Positions 1-8,491 of a DNA stretch of 35,027 nucleotides are shown piece after piece (positions within the stretch are counted from its first letter, which is position 1; the number at the start of each line of letters is the position of its first letter). This DNA is from Flammeovirgaceae bacterium (GTDB lineage: Bacteria; Bacteroidota; Bacteroidia; Cytophagales; Cyclobacteriaceae). Both the position numbers and the translations under genes were made by a program. The stretch covers positions 1-35,027 of the forward strand of contig JBIQJZ010000003.1 of the NCBI GenBank assembly GCA_044507115.1, given 5' to 3'. The notes below the pieces were generated by a model. The model worked only from the letters and a program-made list of their open reading frames with translations. It was not told the origin of the DNA and did not search any database.

Positions 1-1280
1 GCTTCATCGTCGATGAAGCTGCCTCCGGCACCGCTTGTGATCGTCCATTGTCCTGTGCCGATCACTGGTTCGTTCCCGGCGAGTGTCGTGCTCGTTGTGT
101 TGCACAGATCCTGGTCGCCGCCGGCAAGTGCTGCGGTAGGTGGGGCGTCTACTGTGACAATTGTCTTTTCGACCAAATCGCTCTCGCAAAGTCCAACCGT
201 ACTTCGCGCGTGTACCTTGATTGTCGTCGTCGAACTCAGGGGGCCTGTGTTTATCACAAGATCTCCTCCGTTCCCGGCGAAAAAACCTGTCAGCGGACTG
301 CTATCTGCGTCGTCCTGTAATTGATACAATACTCCTGTCTGTGTCGATTCGATCGTTATTGCGACCTGGTCGCCGGAACAGATTTTCGTCGCCGCGGGTG
401 CAATAGTTAACCCGGTTGATGGCAGGGGGTTAACTGTAATAAGCTTTTCATCCAGACACTGGGGCACAAAGGCAACGTAGTCACTGGTGGCTGAATACAT
501 GACATCATTTCGTCCGGCACTATAGAAGAGTGTGCCTGTCGGCATCCCATGACTTTCAATGCCTTGTGTCGCCTGCCGGTCTGTGAAACTCACATTCACA
601 GAGTGTATCTCGATGACGTTCGTCGTTTCGTGGATCTGCAGCTGTACGGTGATGTTGCCTCCCGTCCCGTCCTGCGGCACGTCGATGTAGTCTACTACAA
701 ACTTCCGAAAAGGGGCGGTACCAGTGACGAAATGCTGAATGGTTTCGGTTGCGGAGGCGTTGGGTTTCAAATCCTGCCAAGCTACTGCAATGAGGGCGTT
801 GGGGTCTGCTCCGTTGCCGAGGGCTTCGTTAATGACGGATACGTCCGGGGATGATCCCAATCCGACCACTCCGTTGCTCCCGATGCGAAGCGTAGTGTAG
901 TCTGTGCCGAAAAAATTAAATGTAAATCCAATGCCGATCTCGGGGGATTGCTCGTCGTCGTCCAGGTCGAGAAGGCTCGGGCTGACTGCCGGCTCGGGGC
1001 CAAAAACGCCGTTAGTGACCACGTTGTACGCGCTCGCAATGCCGTTGGTCGTAATAACGCGATGGGTACCCGCACCAAGCGCGGCGGGATCAAACGTGGA
1101 AGTCGACGCATTGTTTACCCAATAGTTGGTCCCTCCCGTCAGGGCAAACGGGGGATGGTCAATGCAATACGCCGCGTCAAGGTTCGAAAGGGTGCACTGA
1201 CCAAAAGAGTTATTCGCTGCCAGTAGAAAAAAGCAGGAAAACAAACCCAGGTAAAGGATCTTTCGGTACAGTCTTCTCAT
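1..1280 (-). CDS. Large secreted/surface protein, 5' part only (runs off the left edge): signal peptide, nidogen(NIDO)-like domain, then Ig/PKD-like beta-rich repeats; probable T9SS cargo or adhesin
   Basis: Not in the ORF track because it has no stop in the window. Manual translation from ATG at 1280 is open for 426 codons to the edge: MRRLYRKILYLGLFSCFFLLAANNSFGQ (signal peptide), DDDEQSPEIGIGFTFNFFGTDYTTLRIGSNGVV and LIAVAWQDL (NIDO-like), ITVNPLP/ICSG and ALAGGDQDLCNTTSTTLAGNEPVIGTGQWT (Ig-like repeats typical of Bacteroidota surface proteins). Confidence 0.85.
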   Translation of the reverse strand, partial: MRRLYRKILYLGLFSCFFLLAANNSFGQCTLSNLDAAYCIDHPPFALTGGTNYWVNNASTSTFDPAALGAGTHRVITTNGIASAYNVVTNGVFGPEPAVSPSLLDLDDDEQSPEIGIGFTFNFFGTDYTTLRIGSNGVVGLGSSPDVSVINEALGNGADPNALIAVAWQDLKPNASATETIQHFVTGTAPFRKFVVDYIDVPQDGTGGNITVQLQIHETTNVIEIHSVNVSFTDRQATQGIESHGMPTGTLFYSAGRNDVMYSATSDYVAFVPQCLDEKLITVNPLPSTGLTIAPAATKICSGDQVAITIESTQTGVLYQLQDDADSSPLTGFFAGNGGDLVINTGPLSSTTTIKVHARSTVGLCESDLVEKTIVTVDAPPTAALAGGDQDLCNTTSTTLAGNEPVIGTGQWTITSGAGGSFIDDE

Positions 1281-1363
1281 GCGACAACGAGGCAGCCAGC
1301 GTTCAGGTGAATAATAGTCTGTATGGTTTGGTAACCACGCAATATAGTCTGATCACTGTGCAT

Positions 1364-2650
1364 TTACTTCAAAAAATTACCGTCTCTGTTCAATTTAATC
1401 AGCGCCATCTTAAATTGGCTGTTGGCAAGTCCCATCGTAGCCAGAACAGCGACCCGCCCATCGGGGAGTTCCAGCACTTTCGCACCCATATCATTATACG
1501 CTTCTGCTCCAATGGATCTCGACCAAAGCACGTTGCCTGTCTGATTGACTTTTGATACCCAGAGATTCGTAGCACCAGTGGTACGTACTTCATCGCCTAA
1601 CAGAAGAAAGCCGACTTCTCCCGACTGCGACATCGTACCGGAAACGCCCCGGATATTCCTGCCGAGCCTGACGACATCGTAAAACAAGGCGTCGCCTTGC
1701 ACCGGAGCTTTGAATGTCAGTGTTGGCCTGAGTCGTGCCAGAAAAATTTCAGAAATCCCGAGACTGGTCTGCGATGTTCCCACAACGAGATATCCACCGC
1801 CATAGACGGATGGAACTTCCTCGACGGAATTTACCCGGGTGTCATTGGCGGTAACAACATTCCCCGGATACCAGACTGGTCCCGTAGCCCCTTTCCGATC
1901 TCGTAGCACATAAAACAGCCCCATCCGCTGCAGGGGGTTCTGGTCACCCGACAATGTACTGTTCGTGTAGCCGAAGACGTAATAGGTGGTATCCGTTGGC
2001 TGGAATATCCTCACTCCCACGTCGACGTTCGCGTATCCAAACGTTGAGTTCACCCAATCTGCATCCGGTACGCGAACAAGATTTTGGTCTATGCGAATAT
2101 TCATCGCGTCAGAGGGATCGGAGTCGGAGTTGGTCGCATCCGTTGCGCCGGTAATAACAAAACTGCCGTCTCTGAGCGCTGTGATTGAATGACTGAATAA
2201 ACTTCCGGTGCCCTGATAGGTTTGTTCGGCGAAGATCGCACCATCGGGAGATATCTTGATGACTTTGATTTCAGAACGCCGGTCTTCCTGGCGGATGTTG
2301 AAGTCAACAAAGTCTGATACTACGACGAAGTTTCCATCATCGGTCGGCTCCAAATCGCGTCCCAGCCATTGATGCTTGGAATCGCCGTGGCGCTTTTCCC
2401 AGATGATGTCGCCGTCGGCAGTGACGCGGAGCAGATACAGCTGGCTTTCCTCGGAAGACACGACGAAGTTACCAACCAGAATAAAGGACCCGTCCGCCAG
2501 TGCATGCATATCGACTCCGTACTGATCGCCATCACCTCCGTAATATTTGACGAAATAATTGCGATCCGGATTCTCGGTATTCTTCTCCGTATCGCAGCTC
2601 CCGAGGAGCGTTGCCAGGCAAACCAGGAAGTATATCGAAAACCTCTTCAT
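1364..2650 (-). CDS. Lipoprotein with repeated beta-propeller-like motifs, function unknown
   Basis: 428-aa ORF; signal peptide II with lipobox LLGS-C; repeats of the type YYGGDGDQYG...ADGSFILVG, WEKRHG...TDDGNFVVVS, WSRSIG...DMG...LPDGRVAVLA; ATGA overlap with the upstream gene. Confidence 0.8.
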   Translation of the reverse strand: MKRFSIYFLVCLATLLGSCDTEKNTENPDRNYFVKYYGGDGDQYGVDMHALADGSFILVGNFVVSSEESQLYLLRVTADGDIIWEKRHGDSKHQWLGRDLEPTDDGNFVVVSDFVDFNIRQEDRRSEIKVIKISPDGAIFAEQTYQGTGSLFSHSITALRDGSFVITGATDATNSDSDPSDAMNIRIDQNLVRVPDADWVNSTFGYANVDVGVRIFQPTDTTYYVFGYTNSTLSGDQNPLQRMGLFYVLRDRKGATGPVWYPGNVVTANDTRVNSVEEVPSVYGGGYLVVGTSQTSLGISEIFLARLRPTLTFKAPVQGDALFYDVVRLGRNIRGVSGTMSQSGEVGFLLLGDEVRTTGATNLWVSKVNQTGNVLWSRSIGAEAYNDMGAKVLELPDGRVAVLATMGLANSQFKMALIKLNRDGNFLK

Positions 2651-3804
2651 TGTCCGCTCTTTATTTTCCGAAGAACACTATTGGTCCGCACGCGTTTCAA
2701 TTCCCGGGGTTTGTACAAGGGGCGAATAAACCCAACAGTGATCGCCAGGTTGTCGAGCCGGAAATAGTCATCGCGATGCGCAAATGACATCGCCAGCTGC
2801 GATTCCACGCCTTCCGAAGATGTCGCCTCTACGCGCGGGTCCCCAAAGTCTCCTTCAGGATTCACGATATTTCTCAGTCCGACACTGTAACGCAGGTCGG
2901 CAAACACAAAGTCGAGTCCCACCTTGTACTTGATCCCTCCTCCTAGAATGACGGATTGATTGACGCGATTCCGACGGTAGATGAAATTGACATCCGGACT
3001 GGTCTGTGTAATACTCTGGTTCTGGCCGACCTCCGCCTCATTGTCTGCAATGCCATCAAAAACCTGTTGAGCCGTCATCGACGCCCGGTCGGAAACCAGG
3101 TATGACAGAGCATAACCTGCGTACCCGTACGGCCTGTATTTTCCGCGGTTATCGGTATAGGAGAGATACAACGGCGCATTAAGCCACAACTGGCGGTCCA
3201 TGATCGTCCGCGTATCCTCGTCGAGTTGACCAGTTACGAGTAAGTAGTAGCGTGTGTGCAGGATATTCGCTTCCATGCGCACCCGGAAGTTGTCGTCATA
3301 GCTGTACTCGCCACCTCCGCCTATGCTGTAACCGAGTTTCGGCGAGTATTTTTTTCGCACGCTTTCTCCCATGTATCCGCTGGCAATTTCGTTCGTTACG
3401 ATGACCCTTGGAGTCGCGATATTGGTACCTGCGTTCATGAACCATGAGAACCTCGGCACTGCTGTGAAACGCTTGCTCAGATATACCACGTCGATTGCGT
3501 GGAGTTGCTCATCGGGCACAAATTCCGGATTCGCGGCCAGTACTTCCAGGTAGCTGCGCTGAGCGCCGAGCGGATCATCAAGCAAGAGATAGGTTTGTGT
3601 CAGCAACAAGTTCGCGCGCTGGCGCTGATCGCGACTAAAGTTGTTCATGCAGTCCGCTAGAATCGCAGGAACAGCATAGAAGTGCCCAGCGTTGTATTCT
3701 TCCGTCGCATAGGCAATGGTCTGCTCACAGTCCATTGTCTGAGCGGATGTAAACGCGGGCGCCAGTATACCCAGAAAGATGGCTATCCGGTAGAATCGAC
3801 CCAT
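2647..3804 (-). CDS. Outer-membrane beta-barrel protein (PorT/OMP_b-brl_2-like) with N-terminal helical TPR-like domain
   Basis: Start moved to ATG 3804 (MGRFYRIAIFLGILAPAFTSAQ, signal peptide), 2 nt after the upstream stop. Helical segment DCEQTIAYATEEYNAGHF..., then amphipathic strands GYSIGGGGEYSY, WLNAPLYLSY, PYGYAGYALSYL, ILGGGIKYKVG, VFADLRYSVGL. Confidence 0.75.
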   Translation of the reverse strand: MGRFYRIAIFLGILAPAFTSAQTMDCEQTIAYATEEYNAGHFYAVPAILADCMNNFSRDQRQRANLLLTQTYLLLDDPLGAQRSYLEVLAANPEFVPDEQLHAIDVVYLSKRFTAVPRFSWFMNAGTNIATPRVIVTNEIASGYMGESVRKKYSPKLGYSIGGGGEYSYDDNFRVRMEANILHTRYYLLVTGQLDEDTRTIMDRQLWLNAPLYLSYTDNRGKYRPYGYAGYALSYLVSDRASMTAQQVFDGIADNEAEVGQNQSITQTSPDVNFIYRRNRVNQSVILGGGIKYKVGLDFVFADLRYSVGLRNIVNPEGDFGDPRVEATSSEGVESQLAMSFAHRDDYFRLDNLAITVGFIRPLYKPRELKRVRTNSVLRKIKSGQ

Positions 3805-3806
3805 AC

Positions 3807-6800
3807 TCAAAAGTTGTTGATCAACAGCCCGACGCAAGTTGACTCATACGGGATGTCGTCTAAAGGTCCCACATATTTTTCCCATTCATCCTGTGTCATG
3901 TTCCGTTTCAACTGCGGGCATATCTTGTCTGCAAGCAGGGTCGGGTTAGTCGGCCACACGCGTATTTCGGATTCACTACATGCAGCAATGAGGTAGTCGG
4001 AGTCGGGCGTGAACGCGATGTTCCATACAAAGCCGGCGTTGTTCTGCATCGTGATAGGTAGGTCTCCGGGATTGTCCAGCACCCACATGAGCAACCTCTT
4101 GTCCGACCCGGCGCTTGCCATAAGTGCACCATCCGGACTGAACTCGATGTCGTTAACGCCAGCACGATGACCGGAGAAGTGCCGCGTCTCACGCGACCGG
4201 AAATCGAAAAGTCGCACAAATCCTCTCCGGCTCTGCGTGTCCTCCCCACCGTATGCAAGTCCATCTCCACCAGGTGTGAATCGAACGCTCAGCATGCGCG
4301 TGTTATTTTCATCGGCGAGGACGGAGGCAGAGGATGTACGAAGATCGACTACCGTAATAGTGCCGGTCCACGATGCTGCTGCCAATATTGTTCCGTCAGG
4401 GCTTACGTCAATAGATTTCGCTGCGGCTGGTAGCGTGACCAATGTTTTTGTAATGCCTGTGTTTACGTCAACCTGAACCAGGGTGCGATCGCTGGAGATA
4501 ATGAATTCCTGCTTGCCCGGTACAAAGACCATGTCGTTGGTCGCACCAGGCAAATTTCTGACAACCCGGGAAGCTCGCGAGGAATTCGCGGCGAGGTCAT
4601 AGACCTGAACGAAGGACGAGTCGCTTCCATTGACGAGAAATTTTCCATCGGAGCTTAGTGCAATCACTTTGCTCGGGTAGGGATTTGAATAGGGAGTGGC
4701 GGTCGTTGCTTGCTTCGACAGGCTTCCCTTCATGATGCGCCCGTCATTCCCCGACGTGTAGAATTCGTCGGTGCCCGGATTCAGCGCCAACGAACGGATA
4801 CGGACATGAGGGGGCCCCTGAACTTTGATTGCATTATAGGCCATACCATTCACTTTTGTCAGCGAACTATACAGACCTTCGTATACGTAGGGGTCGTACG
4901 TGCGTCCATCGTATCTGCGGTGAAAGTGATAGCCCTGCATCGCAAGAAGTCCCGCGAGTGCTGGATCGTCGCTTTCCTGAACAGCCTTCGCTGCCAACGA
5001 TTGGGCTATCGCTAGTAGATACTGGCGATTCGCGTCGTCGAGTGCTACCTGCAAAAGACTCGCCGTTGTCTGCAGCGAGTCGCGCGCCGCACTTGCCCGG
5101 CCGCGTTCTTCATTTGCAATTACTGTTTGTGCGTTGGCGTATTCGAGAGCCTGGACAGCGGCCCTCCGTTGCTGTTCAAGCTCGACTACAAGGTCCTGAA
5201 GAATACGGGCTGTCGCGGCGAGCGAGTCGGTAGCGAGTTGAGCTTCCATAGCCTTCTCCTCCGCAATGAGTCGTTGCTGTGTCGCCTCCTCTTCCTGTTC
5301 CCGCGCGATTCGGGATTGTTCCATCGCGATGAGCGATTGCGAATCCGCTCTCAATTTCTGCATATACGAAAACAGGAAGAATACCACCGACACGATAAAA
5401 CCGATCCCCATGATGATCGCGAAACTGCGTGTTCTTCTCAGCACGCGTCGCTGCATCATTTCCTGGTTCTTCAACTCCGCTTCGTATGTGATGCGGCTTG
5501 TATCGAGGAAGACAATTGCCCGCTCAAACGTTTCGTCGTATCGCTGCGCCCATTCACGGGTAGGCTTTTGTTTGTTCTGCCAGTTGAGCGCGAGTTGGAG
5601 GTCCGGAGGACGCCACAAACCGGTCTTACCAATCTGGTACATCGCTGCGGCTTCCGACAAGCGCTTGTACATCTGGGCGGACTCGAACTCCTCTTCTACC
5701 CACATATCCAGCCTGGTCCAGATGCGCATCAAACTCTCGTGCGAGAGCTCAATCATCGACTCGTCAGTGAGGGGTACGTTCACCCCTGGCATAAGAAATG
5801 ATCTTCCGGTCTTGCGGAAGTGATTGACGACGCGAATGACGTCTTCCTCCGTGGCCTCGGCAAGTTGGGCGATAAGTCCGAGCCGCTCGGGGCGGCGCAT
5901 ACCTTTATTATCCTGGTTCTTCTCGGTGATCGCTTTGAACAGAATCTCTGCGATCTCTTTTTCGCGGGTGGTTAGTTCATCATATGCTTCATTGGCGTGA
6001 AGCGAAAGAGCCTCATCGATCTTTCCCACCGCCTGATAGTGGCGGAGGTCCATCGGTTCCTGCCCTTCGCGGTTCTCAACCCAATAGTCCCACGTGCGCA
6101 TAAGCACGTGCTGCAGAATGGGTAGTTGATCCTGATGGCTGCCGATGTCGGACAGCAGTCGTTTTACAAGGCGTTGGGAAATTCTGCCACCGGCTACGGC
6201 GACGGGACCTTCAATAACGAGCTTCTTCTGTTCGCGCGTCATTTGCGGAACGAGGTAGTTGCTCTTGTTGATGATATCGGTGAGGTGCGGAAATACCGAG
6301 CAGTATCCGATGAAATCGGAGCGCATGGCGATCGCAACATAGACAGGGACATCCGTATTCTGAATTGCATTCAGAATCAGGTTCACATACAATTGCGCCT
6401 CATCGTGCGATTCGAGTGCGCCCGAATCGCGAAAGCGCAGCAACTCCTCAAACTGGTCGATCAGGAAGAAGATGTTCTCGCCAAACGAGTTCTGAAGATA
6501 CCGGGATACTTCGATCATGCCGCGGGGTCCGCTTCGCAGAACCGAGTTCATGACAGCGACCTGCAGATCCCGATCGGCTTCCTGGATACGTCCGTGACTC
6601 AACAGGTTTTCTACGATCGACTCGGCGAGATTGTCAATCGGCGACGAACCGGGTCGGCTGATGACAACGTTCCAGTTCGGACCGGTTTGCGTCATAAAGC
6701 CACCGTAGAGTACTGGCACGAGTCCGCAGTACATCAGCGAAGACTTACCACTGCCGGAGTAGCCCAGTACCGTGACAAAATGATGTTGGGACAGCTTTAG

Positions 6801-6965
6801 CAGTATTTCATCCGTCTGGCCCTCGCGGCCAAAGTACAGATGACATTCGTCGATTGTGAATGGCCTCAGCCCAGGAAATGGATTTCCTCCCCGCAGCTCG
6901 ATCTCAACAGGTCTGCCAGGTACAGAGGTCTCCAGGTCCCCGATCGCTGCGGGCTGTTTTAACAT
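3807..6965 (-). CDS. nSTAND1-family STAND NTPase + transmembrane helix + coiled coil + C-terminal WD40 propeller (often auto-annotated Hat/HatR)
   Basis: NPFPGLRPF...YFGRE, Walker A GYSGSGKSS (6738-6764), Walker B FFLIDQFEE, MRSDF, QLPILQHVL, LSHESLMRIWTRL; TM FAIIMGIGFIVSVVFFLFSYM (5361-5423) after RRVLRRTRS; A/E/Q-rich coiled coil; WD40 repeats such as GHRAGVNDIEFSPDGALMASAGSDKRLLMW; C-terminal IC...RNMTQDEWEKY...PYESTC. Confidence 0.92.
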   Translation of the reverse strand: MLKQPAAIGDLETSVPGRPVEIELRGGNPFPGLRPFTIDECHLYFGREGQTDEILLKLSQHHFVTVLGYSGSGKSSLMYCGLVPVLYGGFMTQTGPNWNVVISRPGSSPIDNLAESIVENLLSHGRIQEADRDLQVAVMNSVLRSGPRGMIEVSRYLQNSFGENIFFLIDQFEELLRFRDSGALESHDEAQLYVNLILNAIQNTDVPVYVAIAMRSDFIGYCSVFPHLTDIINKSNYLVPQMTREQKKLVIEGPVAVAGGRISQRLVKRLLSDIGSHQDQLPILQHVLMRTWDYWVENREGQEPMDLRHYQAVGKIDEALSLHANEAYDELTTREKEIAEILFKAITEKNQDNKGMRRPERLGLIAQLAEATEEDVIRVVNHFRKTGRSFLMPGVNVPLTDESMIELSHESLMRIWTRLDMWVEEEFESAQMYKRLSEAAAMYQIGKTGLWRPPDLQLALNWQNKQKPTREWAQRYDETFERAIVFLDTSRITYEAELKNQEMMQRRVLRRTRSFAIIMGIGFIVSVVFFLFSYMQKLRADSQSLIAMEQSRIAREQEEEATQQRLIAEEKAMEAQLATDSLAATARILQDLVVELEQQRRAAVQALEYANAQTVIANEERGRASAARDSLQTTASLLQVALDDANRQYLLAIAQSLAAKAVQESDDPALAGLLAMQGYHFHRRYDGRTYDPYVYEGLYSSLTKVNGMAYNAIKVQGPPHVRIRSLALNPGTDEFYTSGNDGRIMKGSLSKQATTATPYSNPYPSKVIALSSDGKFLVNGSDSSFVQVYDLAANSSRASRVVRNLPGATNDMVFVPGKQEFIISSDRTLVQVDVNTGITKTLVTLPAAAKSIDVSPDGTILAAASWTGTITVVDLRTSSASVLADENNTRMLSVRFTPGGDGLAYGGEDTQSRRGFVRLFDFRSRETRHFSGHRAGVNDIEFSPDGALMASAGSDKRLLMWVLDNPGDLPITMQNNAGFVWNIAFTPDSDYLIAACSESEIRVWPTNPTLLADKICPQLKRNMTQDEWEKYVGPLDDIPYESTCVGLLINNF

Positions 6966-7101
6966 AGTGGCGTTTATCTAACCCGAAAGTTAACTATTTG
7001 AATGTCAAAACTAAGGTTATGCATTTCAATAGTTGAAAAAATGTCAGGCAGATACTGACTGCCTAAAAAAATTGAAGGGTTAAACTACACAAAACAGCCG
7101 T

Positions 7102-7134
7102 AAAAACAAAAAAGGGAGCGACGCTCCCTCTTTT
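7102..7134 (-). terminator. Intrinsic terminator after rplT, possibly bidirectional
   Basis: Stem AGGGAGC-gac-GCTCCCT (7113-7129) with an A-run on the left (U-tract on the minus strand) and TTTT on the right. Confidence 0.85.
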
Positions 7135-7157
7135 GTCTCTCTAGTGAAGTTGTCTCG

Positions 7158-7502
7158 TTACTTGACTTTCTCGACCACAGCTTTAAATGCTTCGGGGTGA
7201 TTCATCGCGAGGTCCGCGAGCACCTTGCGGTTCAAGTCAATACCGGATTTTCTCAATTTTCCTACGAACTCAGAGTAGGACAAGCCGTGCTCCCTGACAC
7301 CCGCGTTGATTCGCTGGATCCAGATCGCTCTGAATTCTCTCTTCTTCTGTTTCCGGTCGCGGTACGCGTACACCAGCCCTTTTTCAATGGCGTTTTTCGC
7401 GACTGTCCAGACATTCTTTTTCCGGCCAAAGAACCCTTTGGCCAATTTCATGATGCGTTTGCGTTTGGCTCTTGAGGCTACGCTGTTGACTGATCTAGGC
7501 AT
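7158..7502 (-). CDS. rplT: 50S ribosomal protein L20
   Basis: [26 protein letters not shown]...[23 protein letters not shown]...[11 protein letters not shown]; conserved infC-rpmI-rplT order. Confidence 0.99.
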   Translation of the reverse strand: MPRSVNSVASRAKRKRIMKLAKGFFGRKKNVWTVAKNAIEKGLVYAYRDRKQKKREFRAIWIQRINAGVREHGLSYSEFVGKLRKSGIDLNRKVLADLAMNHPEAFKAVVEKVK

Positions 7503-7521
7503 TTCTTACATTTTTTGATCG

Positions 7522-7557
7522 TTGGCGATCCGCACACGGCGAATTCTTAGTTGCCAA
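7522..7557 (-). promoter_or_regulatory. Candidate structured leader (possible L20 feedback site) between rpmI and rplT
   Basis: The minus strand reads UUGGC-AACUAAGA-AUUCGC-cgugu-GCGGAU-C-GCCAA: two stacked stems with an asymmetric loop, about 20 nt before the rplT start. Confidence 0.35.
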
Positions 7558-7581
7558 AAACCGGGTTAAACATTAAACCAA

Positions 7582-7776
7582 TTACAGAACAAGCATTGCT
7601 TTTATGTTGTCCATATCTGCCTTGTGGACCAAAGCCATGTTGCCGAGTCTCCTCTTTTGCTTGGTCTCCTTCTTGGTCAGAATATGGTTCTTGTAAGCAC
7701 GCTTGCGCTTTACTTTTCCTGTGCCCGTGATCTTGAATCGCTTCTTGGCACCGGACTTCGTTTTTAACTTGGGCAT
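7582..7776 (-). CDS. rpmI: 50S ribosomal protein L35
   Basis: [24 protein letters not shown]...HILTKK. Confidence 0.99.
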   Translation of the reverse strand: MPKLKTKSGAKKRFKITGTGKVKRKRAYKNHILTKKETKQKRRLGNMALVHKADMDNIKAMLVL

Positions 7777-7795
7777 CGTTTTTATTTATATTCTG

Positions 7796-8368
7796 TTATT
7801 TCTTTCCGACACGAGGCATCATTAACATGCTCATGCGTTTTCCCTCGAGGCGCGGCATCGACTCCACCTTTCCAAATTCCTCAAGCGCCTGGGCGAACTT
7901 CAACAGGAGAATCTCTCCGCGCTCCTTGTACACGATAGACCTTCCGAAGAAGGTTACTGTCGCCTTTACCTTCGAGCCTTCTTTCAAGAAAGACTCCGCG
8001 TGCTTCACCTTGAAATTGAAGTCGTGCTCTTCCGTGTTGGGACCAAAACGAATCTCCTTGATAACGACTTTCTGAGTTTTCGCCTTGATCTCCTTCTGCT
8101 TCTTCTTTTGTTCGTACTTAAACTTCGAGTAGTCAACAACCTTGCAGACCGGAGGATCGGCCGACGGCGAAATCTCTACCAGATCCAACCCCTGCTCCTG
8201 GGCAAGTTTGATAGCCTGCTGGATCGGATATACATCCGGCTTGATATTCTCACCCACAACCCTTACTCGCGGAGCGGTGATGCGCTCATTCACTTTGTAA
8301 GGCTCTTCTGGTCTCTGGGGCCCTCTTCTGAAAGGCCTGTTAAAAGGTCTGCTGCTTCCGGTATTGAT
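7796..8368 (-). CDS. infC: Translation initiation factor IF-3, non-AUG start, exact start uncertain
   Basis: [56 protein letters not shown]. The frame stays open upstream of GTG 8293 to an in-frame ATC at 8368 ([24 protein letters not shown]), bounded by TAG at 8372-8374. Confidence 0.95.
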   Translation of the reverse strand: MNTGSSRPFNRPFRRGPQRPEEPYKVNERITAPRVRVVGENIKPDVYPIQQAIKLAQEQGLDLVEISPSADPPVCKVVDYSKFKYEQKKKQKEIKAKTQKVVIKEIRFGPNTEEHDFNFKVKHAESFLKEGSKVKATVTFFGRSIVYKERGEILLLKFAQALEEFGKVESMPRLEGKRMSMLMMPRVGKK

Positions 8369-8491
8369 ACGCTATAAGTTTAATTCGACAAAAAACAGGC
8401 TGCAAATATCGGGATATTTTCGGTCTTTCCCAATCGGGCGGAGAAATTGTAAGCGGCTCTCGGGAGCGGTTGACTATCAGTCGTTTATGTG

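Noticed and set aside
4-1226. Short ORFs listed in the track at the left edge
   Set aside because: All overlap the continuous minus-strand frame from 1280, which has a signal peptide and coherent domain motifs.
5127-6800. Long plus-strand ORFs (224, 185 and 224 aa) opposite the STAND gene
   Set aside because: Antisense shadows of a well-supported gene, with no recognisable motifs.
3807-6965. Calling the STAND gene a known Avs/NACHT anti-phage system or a carbon-uptake protein
   Set aside because: No effector domain, no defence-island or mobile context, and an extracytoplasmic sensor; nothing in the sequence supports carbon uptake.
7046-7064. AGGCAG-N7-CTGCCT inverted repeat upstream of the STAND operon
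   Set aside because: A single 6-bp palindrome with no second copy seen; insufficient to call an operator.
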